Shown: positions 22,365 through 36,689 of the stretch, piece after piece
Layout of the letters: each line of letters starts with the position of its first letter
Position numbering within the stretch: position 1 is the stretch's first letter
DNA from: Lytechinus pictus
Taxonomy: Eukaryota
Length of the DNA stretch: 64,000 nt
Assembly (NCBI RefSeq): GCF_037042905.1
Contig: NC_087245.1
Location: 20,462,001 to 20,526,000, forward strand
Direction: 5' to 3'
Notes under the pieces: model-generated
Databases searched by the model: none
What the model was told of the DNA's origin: nothing
What the model saw: only the letters and a program-made list of their open reading frames with translations
Made by a program: the position numbers and the translations under genes

Positions 22365-24106
22365 CTCTAGACCATATATGAAAAGGTACCAAGCAATATA
22401 AACCAATTTGATTGGTGTCCGATCAAGCATGAGTCGGGAACAGGATTGTAGGTGCTGAGAAAAAGGCCAGGTGATGCAGTAATTCAAAGTTGTGAAGTTG
22501 AATAAAATGCAATTTGTCATGCCTTCCTGGAGCTCAAAACCAACTGAAAAAGAGCGCCTACACCTCTTAATTGAAATCGTCTATGCTTCATCAAACATAA
22601 AACATTTTCACACATGTGTCTGCCCTTCATGTTCACGCCGTAATTCTATCCCACCATGCACTTCTTAAAGGTGGGCTGTGTAGTAATGTTGAATTTCTGC
22701 GAACGATCCTCGATTTGCTGCCTCTATTGTAGAAGCTTCATCCAATCCCATTGGCATCGCTCCACGAGGAAGTCAAAATAAGAATCAGTACTGATGATAC
22801 TGATTCCAAACAGATATTGAATACATCATACACTTTAATATTATACACTTTCTATGTTTCTTTAAACATCTTTTAGAAATACAATAAAGGGAAAAACAAA
22901 ATGCAATGACTTGCTATGAAAACCCTGACATCCAAATGAAATTTTAATACAATAATTCAACTTTTCTTAGTTTTTATTTCGAATTTAAAACTGATAGTAT
23001 AATTAAAATTTATTTCAAACACAAATAGCAAGAACTTACCAATTTTGGCAACACATATGATTTTACAGTCTCAAACATATTTTCACAAAGAATTGAGCAA
23101 TAACATTTATATACATGTAAAAGTCACTACACCTGTGTACGTTTCAAATGTGGAAACTATAATTCATTGTTTTTTCACAATACCATATCTTCACCAAAAC
23201 TTAAGGAAAACTTGAATATTGACTGAATGATATGTTTTACATTTTGAGTGAATAGCTCATCAAGATCATATTACTAAACTAATTATGTACTATAACCATG
23301 AATCTTTATGTCTAGAAACAGTGTGGATCAATTTCTTTGTGAACATCCCCTCATGATCAAACCTGTGGCTGCAAAAAGAGAATCCATAACGGGTGATGTT
23401 TCTAGACTTGATAGCGTTAAATCAGGACAGGGTTCATTCTGCAGAAGTTTTTTTAAGCTAGATGATTACTAAAACCAGGTGCGGATCTAACAAGATTAGA
23501 CTCAATACTTGACGGGACATCCATCTTGCAAAAAAATATGGCCCTGCACCAAACCCTGACTGAATCTTCCGTTAAACATCATGACTATTGGGCATCACCA
23601 GCTTATGCAAGACAGAAACTTAGTATGAACCGGATACATTAACTGTCGTTCTTATCTTTTAGACGTTTAAACATCTTTTGACAGTCCATGACATGGGCTG
23701 TCTTCAACCATTAAGTGGAGAATTCAGATTGGTGACAGTAAAAAGAAATACTAGACACGCCTCCGTTGAATACATGAAGGCAAAATAAGGCAAGCTTGTT
23801 CACTGGAAAAAACAGCCAGTGCATTGTTCGCAGTTCCTTTACACAAATATCACACACATTTGTGAAAAACAAAAGAAAACTATTAAAATGCAGTAGCAAA
23901 AGCAACTGTGGACAAAAAGTATCATAAGGATATCATTGCACTGAATAAAAAGAAGAACTTCATATAAAAGTTGCATAAAAGTTGTATGTACACTGTAGCT
24001 AATCCCATAGTTTAAAATAACGATCCCTGTTGGGATAACCTACAATTATCCTTCAATGGTTTTGGCTATACCCATTATTTTAAGTGTAATTCCCATTGGT
24101 TTCAAA

Positions 24107-24304
24107 CAGGGGCAGATCTTTCCAAAGGGGGAGGGGGCACATTTTCCAGAGGAAAAATTTGACAAGAAAAAAAAAAGTCTTCACTCTCAAGGGGGGGACA
24201 CTTCTGTTTTAAAGGCATTTTTACATGACAAATTTTAATTGTGCCTCTCAAAGGGGGGGGGGAGGCACAGGCCGGCTTCCCCCCCCCCCCTGGATCCGCC
24301 AGTG
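24107..24304. mobile_element. hAT-like MITE
   Basis: CAGGGGCAGATC...GATCCGCCAGTG termini; 8-bp TSD GTTTCAAA/GTTTAAAA (7/8). Confidence 0.7.
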
Positions 24305-27300
24305 GTTTAAAACAACATTTTCCATGCAAGAACAGGATGGAATAGGTTAAGTATGATCACAAAAAGAGTATACTCAGGGACTCAGTTTAATAATTATGAG
24401 GGGAGCAATAAAAAACTCTCCTAAAATTTTGAAGGGAGCACTACAAAAAGCTCTTCTTTGAAATACAAGGGGGACTCTCTTGTCTGATTTCAAAATGGAT
24501 GGAGGAACGTACACTAAGTTACAACCCACAACCAAAGGGGACAAACAATCAGATCTATGCAATATTTATCTCATTGTACTCTTTAATGTCATTTTTGCAA
24601 GTGTGTTATTGCTTACAATATAATTATGTGTTATTTACAAAACCTTGACAAAGAATGAGGTTTTCAAGTTTGACTCTAACAGTTTGATGATTGACTGACA
24701 ATCTTGTTAAGAAATTTATGAGGCGAGTGATAAATCGCTCTACCAAAAATGGATCAAGGAGAGCGGTAGCGAGTGATCACTCTCACTCCCCTTAAAACTG
24801 AGTCCCTGTATACTAGAATAGCAAACCAAGGGTTAAAAGGCAAAGAAAGAAATTATATCTTTCCAATAAAGCCTGCCAGGCATATATACTGGCACCCAAA
24901 ATGTGCCATCTACATCTTCATGTGGCTATGGCAGGAGCGAGTGATTTATTCAAATCTGTGGAAATTAACTTTTTTAGATTGCCCCTTAACCTGAGGCCAT
25001 CAATAGAATTTTCCTTTTTAAAGAGTAATAGGCTAGACCTCAGCCACCTTATTTCATTCCAAGTCACAGTACAGAAATATGTCCTAAAAGGTGCATGGCT
25101 GTATTTAGGAAATTAATAGTATATAAATTGATCAATTCATGCAAAGGAATTTCAGAGACAGGGTCTGAGACTCAAGTGTAATAACAACATTACACAAAAT
25201 ATTGTATAAAAAATAAAACCGTTCAATGATTTAATATCTAGATGCATACCACTACAGAAAATGTTTAAACAATTCAAAGAGAAATTTCAACACCAAAACA
25301 ATTCAGCTTTAATATTACTTACATATATTGACCGCGACGTTGGTCAGTTTAACTCAGAACATATACAACATTTAACGATAATACCAAACTTTAGTCCAAC
25401 TTTCTTCATAAAATCTCTAATTATGTATTAATGAGAGTAAATGACAGGAATTTTCATGCACCGACCATTCTAAAGTTCTGATCATAGCGTACATGTACTT
25501 AGCATTAGCACAGAATACATGCAATCTTTAAAAAACAGTTTGCAACTAATAATAGTTAACTTATAAACAACAATAATAATGACATTTGAACTTCTCACAG
25601 ACAATGGTTATATCATCACTACTAGAACAAACACTGTCTCTTTCAAATGAAATACTTGTCTGAGAATTAAACTACTTCGCTTGAAGATCCATTTTCCTTC
25701 CGAACCAAGGCAACAATGAATAATTGAAATGTGGAAGCCCCTGGAAAAGGATGGTAATATACATGTGCATAGCCATGTCTGTTTGCCGCCAGAATTCAAA
25801 ATTATTTCCCCAGCATCTGGTAATCAATAGCCACATCTATTTTAATATAACCTGATGTACAAGCGCAGCATGCATCGTACCCACTACCCAGGCTCATCAA
25901 TAAGTGTTTCTGCATCTCCAGTACTTCTGGCACTTTCCAAAATGAAAGATTTTTCATTTCCGTGGTCAAGAGAAGAACCAATATTCATACCTATTTCCAC
26001 CATCCCACTCTACTCCATCTGAATTCAAATGTCCAGTTGGGGATATTCAAAATCTTACCCATAGCTTTAGAAACATGCCCATTTGATAGTTAAAAAAAGC
26101 AAAGAAGAACCTTGATACAAGTCCATTATGACTATATAGGGACTACTAAAACAAATGCTTATCTGTAAAGAGCACTTAAATTCTGTAAAAACATGGTTTA
26201 AAGTTTTAAACAAGTTGTTTTTAAAAGTTAAAACAATTGTATAAAAGTTTAAACAACTTTTTGTTAGAGTGCCAGGCATAAACAACATGCTTAGAAATTT
26301 AAAGAATGTTTTAACAGTGTACGTCATGGTTCTGTACTCCTTTTAACCTTTTCCTTGAATCAAACATTTTAGGCCTAAGGTAAAGTAAATGAGGTCCATA
26401 AATGATGCAATGGATGATGTCAATTTTCTAAAAATAGCTAATGAAATCATAAATTATATACACATATTTCGATAAAGCAGCGAAATGCAATGTAAGAGTC
26501 CTTAAACATTTTCTCTTTTTCTTATTAGTTTGTGAATACCTTCATCTCATGATATTCCAAGGAAGAAATAGGGAAGTTTGCATACTTCATAGGAGTTTGA
26601 AAACTCCTGAAACAACAAATCATTGTCACATGTTAGTGCCATTAAAACTTACCATGTAGTACCCCATGAAAATTTATAAATAAATTAAACAAAATGCAAT
26701 ACAGCTGATTCAAATACTAAATAGAGAAAGTGTAACGGTCCGATGGCCCACTTTGGATTCTGACGAAGATGAAATCATTGAAGCATTAAACACTCGTTCT
26801 AAGGATTATACCTCCTTCATTTGGCTATGATATACTGATCCATAAGCAATTGCTTCATTGATCTGTTAATGGAGGCATAATGTGTGAAGAATAGATGGAC
26901 CTGACATCTTGCCAAAGCATTCATACGGAAGACAGGTGAAACTGATCCAGTGGAAACACAAAATTGAGTTAAAAACTTAAGGTTTTTAGGGTCATGAGAG
27001 GCTTGAAATTAGGTTGAAAATTGGTTTGAAAGAAAAACCAACCCTGCAAGCTCACACTTTGAACTAGTTTATTTACACAGGCTGAAAGATCATGTTATTA
27101 TTCATAGGCAAAGTTAAACACTGCCACTGTACTCAACTTCTTTCAGATAAAATACAATAAGGGTATCGGTTATAAATCAATTAATTTCACAGTCAATTAT
27201 CTACCATTTCCTACTTAATTTGGAGTACTTGACTGCAAACTGTTTATATTACATCATTCTTTGGAACATTTTGCAAATGCTACTGAATGAAATTCTATTA

Positions 27301-27392
27301 TATTATGGAACACATGATTATATGTTGTTTCATCCTGAATGATAACTAAAAAACATGTACTGGACCCTGTTCCATAATGATTGTCATTAATG

Positions 27393-27535
27393 TAGGGATG
27401 CCAGTTGGAATTGATCAGAGGGCATGAAAATCACCTAAAATATAATATTTTGTACACAAAAATGCTAAAACTATGGCCTGAAAATAAATTGCAAGGGCCT
27501 GAATTCAGGCTTTTGCCTGAAAACTGGCATCCCTA
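27393..27535. mobile_element. MITE with TAGGGATGCCAGTT TIRs and a 6-bp direct flank
   Basis: Perfect 14-bp TIR; TTAATG at 27387-27392 and 27536-27541. Confidence 0.75.
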
Positions 27536-27571
27536 TTAATGGTATTGTTCCATGCCACAGTTATCACTATA

Positions 27572-28950
27572 CAGTGCGTATAAAAAAAAACGGGACAGAT
27601 TTGAAAAGTCTATAAAATTTTAGTTTCAAATAATGATGTCTATATTTTGGTGTTAATAGATGCTCTAAGGTCTTATCTTTGAAATGCAATTTAAAAAAAT
27701 AAATTTTATTCATGCTTGACCGAACACGGGACGTTTTTGTTGGGGGTTCAAAAAGAGGCTTGCGCCAGAATTGCAGAATATGTGTAATACAATGATCAGA
27801 CTTCTTGCTAATCAGGAGACTTCCTCTTGACCTTTTCATTATCTGTGCCACAATTTTCGAATTATGTTGTCAAATTTCATTTACAAAGTTATTTATTTAA
27901 TTGAATTATTTTGTTTTTTCATTTAAACTTCTCTTACCTTTTAATTTTCCTTCAAAAGTAACTGAGAAAAGAAGATTTTTTTTTGTTAACCCAAGCAAGA
28001 AGATTTGAATTATTAATTGGGAAAACTTGTGATTATTCAAATCGTTTTATTATGTGAAACAAATTATGTTATGTACCTTTAAAAGACATGAATCTATTTT
28101 TCAATGGGTCATTAATTCGTTGACCAAGTTTAATTGCTTGACAGGAAACACAGGAAGGGATTCATGTCTTTCAATGACAATGGTGTATTGAGTCAATTTA
28201 GAAGGAGCTAGATATGGCAGATCGGGTAAAATGTATTAAAAAGTTGTGAGCGAGCGAAGTGAGCACGCAAATATTCCCAATTTTTTTAATTACAATATCA
28301 AATTTTGTGATAGATTTTGACATAATATTCAGCAAATAATATCATATTTTACTTTCTATCTTTCCTTTTATTTCCTGTCCACTTTTTTTCTTGGTCATTA
28401 TTTTTTTTAATTGAGGGGGGGGGGGAGCAACCCCCGAGCGCCCGCCCATCTGTGTGGCTTTGTTCAAAAGGCACCATAACCTTTGTAGCACATAATGAAA
28501 GGATTTGAATAAAAAATCCATGCTCTCCCATAATTCGGTTGAAAAAAAAAAATTTAGCTTGAAGAAGGAATATTCAAAGCTAACAGAGAGCATATTAAAA
28601 AGAGATAACAGAATAATTCAATCAAATAACTAGATCTGAAAATGAATTTTGACCGCATGATTTGAAAATTATGGCAAAGATAATGAAAAGTTTAAGAGGA
28701 AGTCTGCTAATTAGCAAGAAGTCCGATCATCATATTACTCATATTCTGCAATTCTGGCGCAAGCCTCTTTTTGAACCCCCAACAAAACCGTCCCGTGTTC
28801 GCTCAAGCATGAACAAAACTAATTTTTTTTAATAGCATTTGAAAGACAAGACCTTAGAGCACCGATTAACACCAAAATATAGACATAATAATTTGAAACT
28901 AAAATTTTATGGGCTTTTCAAATCTGTCCCGTTTTTTTTTATACGCACTG
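27572..28950. mobile_element. Non-autonomous Tc1/mariner element with ~310-bp TIRs
   Basis: TA|CAGTGCGTATAAAAAAAAACGGGACAGATTTGAAAAG... mirrored at the right end followed by TA; arms about 27572-27881 and 28641-28950; no transposase ORF inside. Confidence 0.9.
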
Positions 28951-30744
28951 TATACTATCAAAATCATGATATTCTATTGGCCGAGAGCAAACAGTTATAG
29001 AAATTTAAGTGAGCTATAATCATCCCACCGCTGCCACCAGTTAAAGCCTAACATGGATTTTTTATATTTCTCAGAAGATTTAGGACTAATTTTCAATATG
29101 TGTCCAATATCTCAACCAGGTGATCTGATGAAGAGGGATAAACACCAATTAAAGCAATATTTAAGCTGTAAAATGAGTACAAGTAGGGCAGAATAACGAG
29201 GTTTGAGGTATGGAAATGAAACACTATGAATAGGAGGTCACATCTCTGGTGCAATATTACATGGTACATAATAGAGCTCATAAAAAGTGTACGTTCATAT
29301 CTACTTAAGAGAGTAGAAAATGGAAGACCTGCTTGTCTGGATATGAAACAGTAAACTATGTTCCTTTAAATTAAGCCCCCTTGAAAAGAAAATCAATGAA
29401 AAGTTTAAAATGTACTTCATACTTGTGAACTTCCTTTTGATGAGGAATGCAAACTAGTGGAATTGGGAGTAGAAGGGGAAAAATTAGATCACCATCTTCT
29501 AGACGTGCCTACAGGGTTCAGCAACAGACGCTGAACTAATGGAGTTGCCTGGCAGAGCTTGTCTCACTTGTCTCACTCCTATTGCGATAATTATTTTGCC
29601 TTACAAGGTCCAATAATATCTCACAATGTACATCTTCATCTGCTCCTCCTGGCATTCCCTTGAGACGATGATAGCGAATGCTTGGAGAAGTAAACTAATG
29701 ATGTCTGCAAGGGACAGTCGTAGTTCAACCTGGTCTCTCTCAAAACCTGTCGACATCACGACTAGGTGGTAAAAGATGAATTTTTGTGGGGAAACGTAGC
29801 TATTCAAGTAGGTGTTAAGATAGGGGCTAGTAAATTATTTCTAAAGACCTTCCATTATATATTTCCCCACAATGAGTTTAAATTCTTGTCTCTTGATGCA
29901 AGACGATGTCCATAATATAGAACATATTTAAAGTAAAGCACAAAGGGTACCAAATCAGTTAAAGTTTTGTATCAAATGAACTGCTGAATGGATAGATCCA
30001 GGGAGTGTCATGTATATCACAACGCTGTTGAAGAAAGGTCTATTCAACCTGATTTACACCCCCACTTACAGATTAACATGAAAATGAGTAAAAGAATTTT
30101 CAAGGTATTTTTCTTTCAAGCAGACGGAGCAATTCTACTAATAACAGAGATACATGGAAGTATATAATGTAATATGTTAAATGAAATAAAAATCGACATG
30201 TAGTTGAAGAAACCTTTACAAATTCTAACAAAACAAAAAAATCTCCAACGTGTAGTTGAAGAAACCTTAACCTTAACTATATTCTAGAAAAAAAAATATG
30301 CTGGGATCTTTGCATGTGAACATATTTAATGTATGGCTTCACACATGCTCATCTTGCCTGAAGATTTAGATATAAATAGAGCTGAACTAATGAGGTAACA
30401 CGGGGGCAATCATTACATGACCCGCTACTTGGAGTTTTCGAGGTAAATATAGATATCTAGAAAAGGAAGTTTTTGCCTGTGACAGCTATGCAGTTCTACA
30501 TGTATAAGACAGTTTATTGCTTTGAATATTTCATGTCATAGATCACTTCTCTTGTTCTTTGAGAATTCATTCAAGCAAAAGCTCATTCTACTTTAAATGA
30601 TAAACGATCATTAATTGCTGATTTAGAAATATTTTTCTAGAAACTTGATAAATATAGTTCAATTTTTTTTTAAATCTGGTGCAATAGAAATTTGTATGCA
30701 ATAACCCCCCCCCCCCCATCCAATACAATGACATTACAAAACAA

Positions 30745-30897
30745 GGCCCAGTTTCATAAAAAAGAAGTTATTAATGGCAAGTTCAAACAAATACAATTAC
30801 CACGTGAAAAGTGCTTGTCAGCCAATGAAATCTTTGGATTCTACTCTAGTTTTCATGAAAAAAGGCTGTCAATGATAACCTTTATCAAACAGGGTTC
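30745..30897. mobile_element. Degenerate Harbinger-like MITE
   Basis: GGCCCAGTTTCATAAA / TTTATCAAACAGGGTTC imperfect TIRs. Confidence 0.4.
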
Positions 30898-31186
30898 TCA
30901 AGGTTACATTTTAGCTCAAAAGTATTAATGAGAGATTAATGAAGTAGTGATAAAACTTGCATTAGCCAACCAAAATCATGTTTACATGCCAACTTGGTTC
31001 AAAAGAATGACCAGTAACCAATCAAAATTGGTGTTCCAAAATGCAATTAAGCTCCAATTTTGCATGGCTGAACACAGGTCCTAGGATCTTTAACCAACTA
31101 TATTCAAACCAATGGGGAGCAATTCTATGGAGATTTGTTAAAGCCTCTACTAATGAGGTTGCCCCCTCAGGTAGAACCACTCTCAC

Positions 31187-31376
31187 CTGCAAGTCTGGCC
31201 TCCCTGCAGGCAGCACTCATGTCATCTCTGATGTCATAGTTGTCGCCGGCTATGGTCTCGCCCACAGCGACAAACTTCTCAACAGCAAGATGCACAGCTT
31301 GACCCACGCGTTCGATGGCACGGCAAGTCTTCTCCGACCTCTTCGATTTCTCCTTGTGGTTCACCAGCGTTGTGAT
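31187..31376 (-). CDS. CTNNAL1: Alpha-catulin coding exon, first one seen in the window (likely exon 2), 190 nt
   Basis: Translates ITTLVNHKEKSKRSEKTCRAIERVGQAVHLAVEKFVAVGETIAGDNYDIRDDMSAACREARLA(G), matching the alpha-catulin N-terminus. Acceptor ttgacag, donor gtgag, ends in phase 1. Confidence 0.93.
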
Positions 31377-34300
31377 CTGTCAAGATAAAATCAACATGTT
31401 AACACTGCTTCCTGTCCTTATTCTCATGAGGTGAAATATATCATGAAAATAGCCATTCGTCTGGAGGTTCGATATCAATAAATTATTCAACCAATAATCA
31501 TCATTGTTTCCCCCTTCTGTATCCTCCTGGGATCAAATGTGTCAGGAAAATACTCATGTTAACATTTACTAGCATTTGGATGATCTATAATGTCAACGTC
31601 AAAACAAAAATGTTCTTCTTTCATTATTTTGCGAGGGGGGATTTTTTATTCAAAAAAAAAAATTCACATCTTCATCACCACAGAGTCAAACGTCATAGCA
31701 TATTATCAATTACATTGATTTATTTAAGCTTAATGCAAAACTAAATTAGCTGCTACAAGCAATGATTTCATGAAAAAGTCTTCAAAATCAAGTTTTCATT
31801 ACAATACTGTTATAGATCTATATCTTGTTTGTTAGTATACATAACCTAACTTTGTGAAAACGGTTGTTGTCAAACAAAGGTTCCGGCAGGAATGCCATGC
31901 TTATATTGCTCATCTTTTTGCAATTACACATTATTAATCAGAATTATTCTTGCACATATTTCTTATTTATTTATATACATGTATACAAACACCTGGGTGA
32001 TAGATTGTTAACAATGTTGGAAATCACATTTAAAAGATCAATAGTATAAATTCTCTTGTAAAGCTCTACTATCTGTTTAAATGAATTGACATTCACACAA
32101 AGAATCAGAGAGTAGAATATCCTTTACTCTCTTCGTTGGAGCAACAAAAAAAAAGGTAATTTCTTCTGGTTTTTTAAATCTATTGAATGAAACTGTCAAT
32201 GAATTAACACATACTGCTAGATTACCGATTTAAAACATTCCTTGATATATCTTTGTTAGAAATTGACCAAAGAACTTAGATAAAGATGACATTGTTTTCA
32301 TCTTTTTAAGTGTGTGTCTGTGTTTCTATATGCTCTGTGCCATTCTTTTAGAGGCAAAAAGACTTCATTAATTAACATGCTGTTGGGCACATGTGAAACT
32401 TGTTTAACGTATCCTTAGAATATCCACGTCGGCTTTCTCTGCTAACGTAGCCACTGCTGCAAAACTGGAGCATCTATTAGAAGCCAGCATCCATTCTCCA
32501 TCAACATTTCTTATCTGTGCCCTATCCTCTGACTTCACTGAGAACCGGCAGGTCGATCTTCATGCACGGTAAAGCTATCATATTACCCTATTCATGACTT
32601 TAGCACTCCTCTTCACTCTCATCTACAAGTCCATATGCCTTGCGATCCCTGACATAACGTCTCATCTTGCTACAATGTAGGGACGACTGTCTTACGGAAA
32701 AGGAGCCTACCTAACTCAATTGCGGATTGATAATTTCTTTATCAGCAAAGGATAATTTGATTAGAGATTTCCATAATGATTGCAAATGTGACATTTAGCC
32801 TGCAGGCTGGATATTGCCTTTCACTTGTTTTAGACTTATGCATGCCACATCATTAAAGACAATACCTGTATTTTCGTTCATGCTTAAGTTGTACAATACC
32901 AAGAAATTTTACTACATACAGTATCGCAGCTCTAGGTATTATTTGTATGGGATGCACATGCACACCACCTTTGCATTATGAATTCATCCCATATTTTTAT
33001 TTATTTATTCATGGATAGAAACCAATAATGAATTCCTTGAAAGTGAATATCGTTCAAATGTAAATTCAAATGTTTCTTGCTGTTTGCAGCAAACATAAAT
33101 GTATTAAAGAGTAATGATAAGAAATGACTTTTTAGAAATATATATCTTGATACTTTCATCAGTGTGAAAGTATAAAAAAATCACTTCAGTATTCCTCTTA
33201 TCCTGCCAATATGTTGAAATGAAAATAACCATCTGAAATCTACAAGGTAGAATGATTTTGATGATTTGTGTTGCCAATCCAATAATTTCTGAACAAAGCA
33301 TGTCTATTTCTATTACTCTCTGATATTAATTGTAATGTATTGTATCAGAACACAATTGCGGACATTATCTCTCCCCCCTTTTAAGCGTGCATCTGCTGCA
33401 TCATTTTAAACAGGCTCCATGCAAATAAGAGATTTTTAATCTAAAGACCATAACCGCCACCCCCCCCCCCAAAAAAAAAAAACAATAATGATAATCATAA
33501 AATAATGAAGAAAAAAAACTATAAATAAAATAATAAACAATAATAAATGTTACAAAAACAAAAAAATAATAAATTTACTTAATTTGTTCATAGGCCTATA
33601 TGGATTAAAAAAGAAGACCCCTTAAAAATAAAGCTTACTGATTGATCATGGGGCTGTCTGATCATGCACAATTTTTAATAAATAAGTGTTTGGTACCGCA
33701 AAATCGTAAAATAGCCTTAAAAACAGAAATACGAAGCTTTTCGACATGCACTCATCAGAGTAAAATCGCATGAATAACTAAAACGCCAGAGCGAAACAAT
33801 ATATAATAAAAACAGAAGAGACAATCGACGCTAAACGGCGAGCAGTGATTGGCTATCAAGGTAAACAATGTAGGCTTAATACCAAGCTTCAGTATGTCTT
33901 TTTAAAGGCCATTTTAGAATTCTGAATGCAATCAATCATAAAAATCAGCCACACGATTAACTGCAAAGCTTCGTATTACAAGGCCCAGAATTAAAATTGA
34001 TTTTTTTTTCCTCATGTCATCGTGGAGCAATCATTGCAAATCACATTTTTGTGAACTCTTTCCTGGATGACACCTGATTGACAAGCACTTTTCATTTGCA
34101 ATGCACAGGTGAACACTCTACACATGACTGACCTAATAACCTTATTCTAAAGGTTCGCTACACTGCATAACAAGCTTGGCGATGAAAATGGGCAGGCCCC
34201 AAGGTAAACTGGTCAATTTATCTCACTCAAACTGTCCAGACACACAATTTTATCTTCTGCTTCGCTATTTTGGAAGCATCCTTTTTTTTTCACTAAATCC

Positions 34301-35143
34301 AATGCTGCTTTTTTATTTTCCTCACAATCATCATAATACCTGCCACTTCTATTTGTCTTCCTATTACATCACTTCTGATCGAAGAACTGTCTAATGTGAT
34401 GCCATTAATTGAAAAGGAAATCACCATTCTTATTTTCATACATGTACATCTATGTACAAGTTTGTAAACACGTCCACAAAAGCTTGCATATCAACAATCA
34501 ATTGTTTCTCTATCCCATTATTCATTCATACCACTTAGAATTAAATTGCATACCAGCATCAGAAATGGGTTGATGAACTCCGACATCCCAAATACACTTA
34601 CATTTTTCTGGCAAATAATAACAAATATGGCAGCAACGATGCCTGACATTTGCTTATTACTTTTCCCCTATGCCCATAGCCAGTGAAGTGACTCATTTTG
34701 ACTCACGGCATTATTACAAACACTCGCAACATCATGACCGGTTCATATCGTTTGCGTTTCCCCGGTGCAAGGCGGGGAGATCATTGTGCGAGCCTTCCGC
34801 AGGGAGCTCAGTGCAGCATTATAATTGTGTATGGTTGATCGATTTGATGACCGCATGTGTTGATATGCAGAATGTGGCCCTTTCTTATCCAAGCCTCGCT
34901 GCATTTATGTGCATGCATACAACCCCGAGAATTGGCTAGACACCCTCTTTGATGCATAAACATGGACACTTCATACCTGAAGATGGTACCAAAAACACCT
35001 TGTAAAAATTGATATACATAAAATATTTTCCAAAGGCAAAGTGTGATGATTTTATGACCTACTGTACATATATGTAAAAGGCTTGAGCTTACATGAGAAC
35101 AAGTGCACTGGATAATAATATATTTGAATTATTTGGTGTATAA

Positions 35144-35539
35144 ACAAGATGTACTTGTAATGCCCAGTAACAATTAATATGCATTAAAATATCATGCACA
35201 TAATTATAAGACTTTCATTATATCATGAACAATGCCTAATGCTTTGGGTCTTATAGGTAAAGGGCTTAAAAAGAAATAATGATATTTAATAAGTGTGATT
35301 TCATTGCCTAAAGTATGTCTAAACATAGGCAAAAGACTGATGTACAAGATGTACTTGTAATGCCCAGTAACAATTAATATGCATTAAAATATCATGCACA
35401 TAATTATAAGACTTTCATTATATCATGAACAATGCCTAATGCTTTGGGTCTTATAGGTAAAGGGCTTAAAAAGAAATAACGATATTTAATAATTATGATT
35501 TCATGGCCTAAAGTATGTCTAAACATAGGCAAAAGACTG
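35144..35539 (+). repeat. Tandem duplication, 200-bp period, two near-identical copies
   Basis: ACAAGATGTACTTGTAATGCCCAG...AAAAGACTG at 35144-35339 and 35344-35539, with only a few mismatches. Confidence 0.92.
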
Positions 35540-36583
35540 GACAAATTATATTGTATGTTGATATCCAAGGTTCGCATATATTTTCTGTACTTACATGTAC
35601 TTATACGCCCCATTTACTGTACACATTACATTTCATATTCAGTGAATTCTGCAGTGTACCAACCTGTGGGTGTCACTACATTTCCTATCACTTTATCTCA
35701 TCTTGATAGTACAGTCCAGCCGCAGTACAGATATCATCTACAATGTACATGATTAATGAGTTTTCAAAAACCAATCCTGTCATTCATATCTCACCAATCA
35801 ATATGAGCAATATACTCTGAAAAAAATAAAATGGTAGCAATATAAGAGGGGGAATCAATACGAGCTAATGGTGACATGATTATTATTTATTTATTGAGTC
35901 ATGGGGGTATCATACAGTTACATAAACCAAACATCTTTCCTCCCCATTCCTCTTTCGTGCTTTGTCATATTCACTTGTAAAGTCACAGGGGAGAGTAATC
36001 CCTTCCATTTGCACTTTGATATACAGAAATACATGTTTAGAGCCCGAAGATCATAAAATCCATGTTAAAGTGTGATTTCAAACCATCTTCTGTACACTCT
36101 ACAGACAAAAGGTGAAAATTGATAATACATTCACATCTTCTGAAGATAGTAAGTGTCAGTTGTCAGAAGGACATCCCTACTGTAGACTTCTGGCATTGAG
36201 AGGACTAAAGGTACATTCATGAATAACCCACTGAATGGTGCACTTTGAAATACCCATAACACAGGCAATAGCATTACGTTCGCCAAGATAATGATGACAA
36301 CGACGATGATAATAATGTAGCAAGTTTGCAGGGGTTTCGCATTGTAATATTCAAGCCAAAGTTTTGACATGAGGGGAAGATAATGTACATCCTTTTATAG
36401 AATACAAGAGTACATGTATTTGCTGATCAAGATGTTTCCGGTTCAGGTGGGTATTAAGGCACACAATGTCTTAGGCTTTTTAAACAAATTCTCTCGTTGC
36501 CCTCATCTGACCTACCATAAAATGTGAAATAACAATCTCTCTCTTTCTTTTTTTTAGCAGACCTGGCTTAAACAAACATATTA

Positions 36584-36689
36584 TACACAATGTTTTTGTG
36601 AGAAAATGTCAGATTTGAGTGAAAAAATATGCACAATTACACAATGTTTTTGTGAGAAAATATCAGATTTGAGTGAAAAATATGCTCAA
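36584..36689 (+). repeat. Tandem duplication, 54-bp period
   Basis: TACACAATGTTTTTGTGAGAAAAT(G/A)TCAGATTTGAGTGAAAAA at 36584 and 36638. Confidence 0.85.

Noticed and set aside
34977..34998. Possible 22-nt micro-exon (acaag|...TTCAG|gtatga) on the minus strand
   Set aside because: It would shift the frame and shows no convincing similarity to the expected first-exon peptide.
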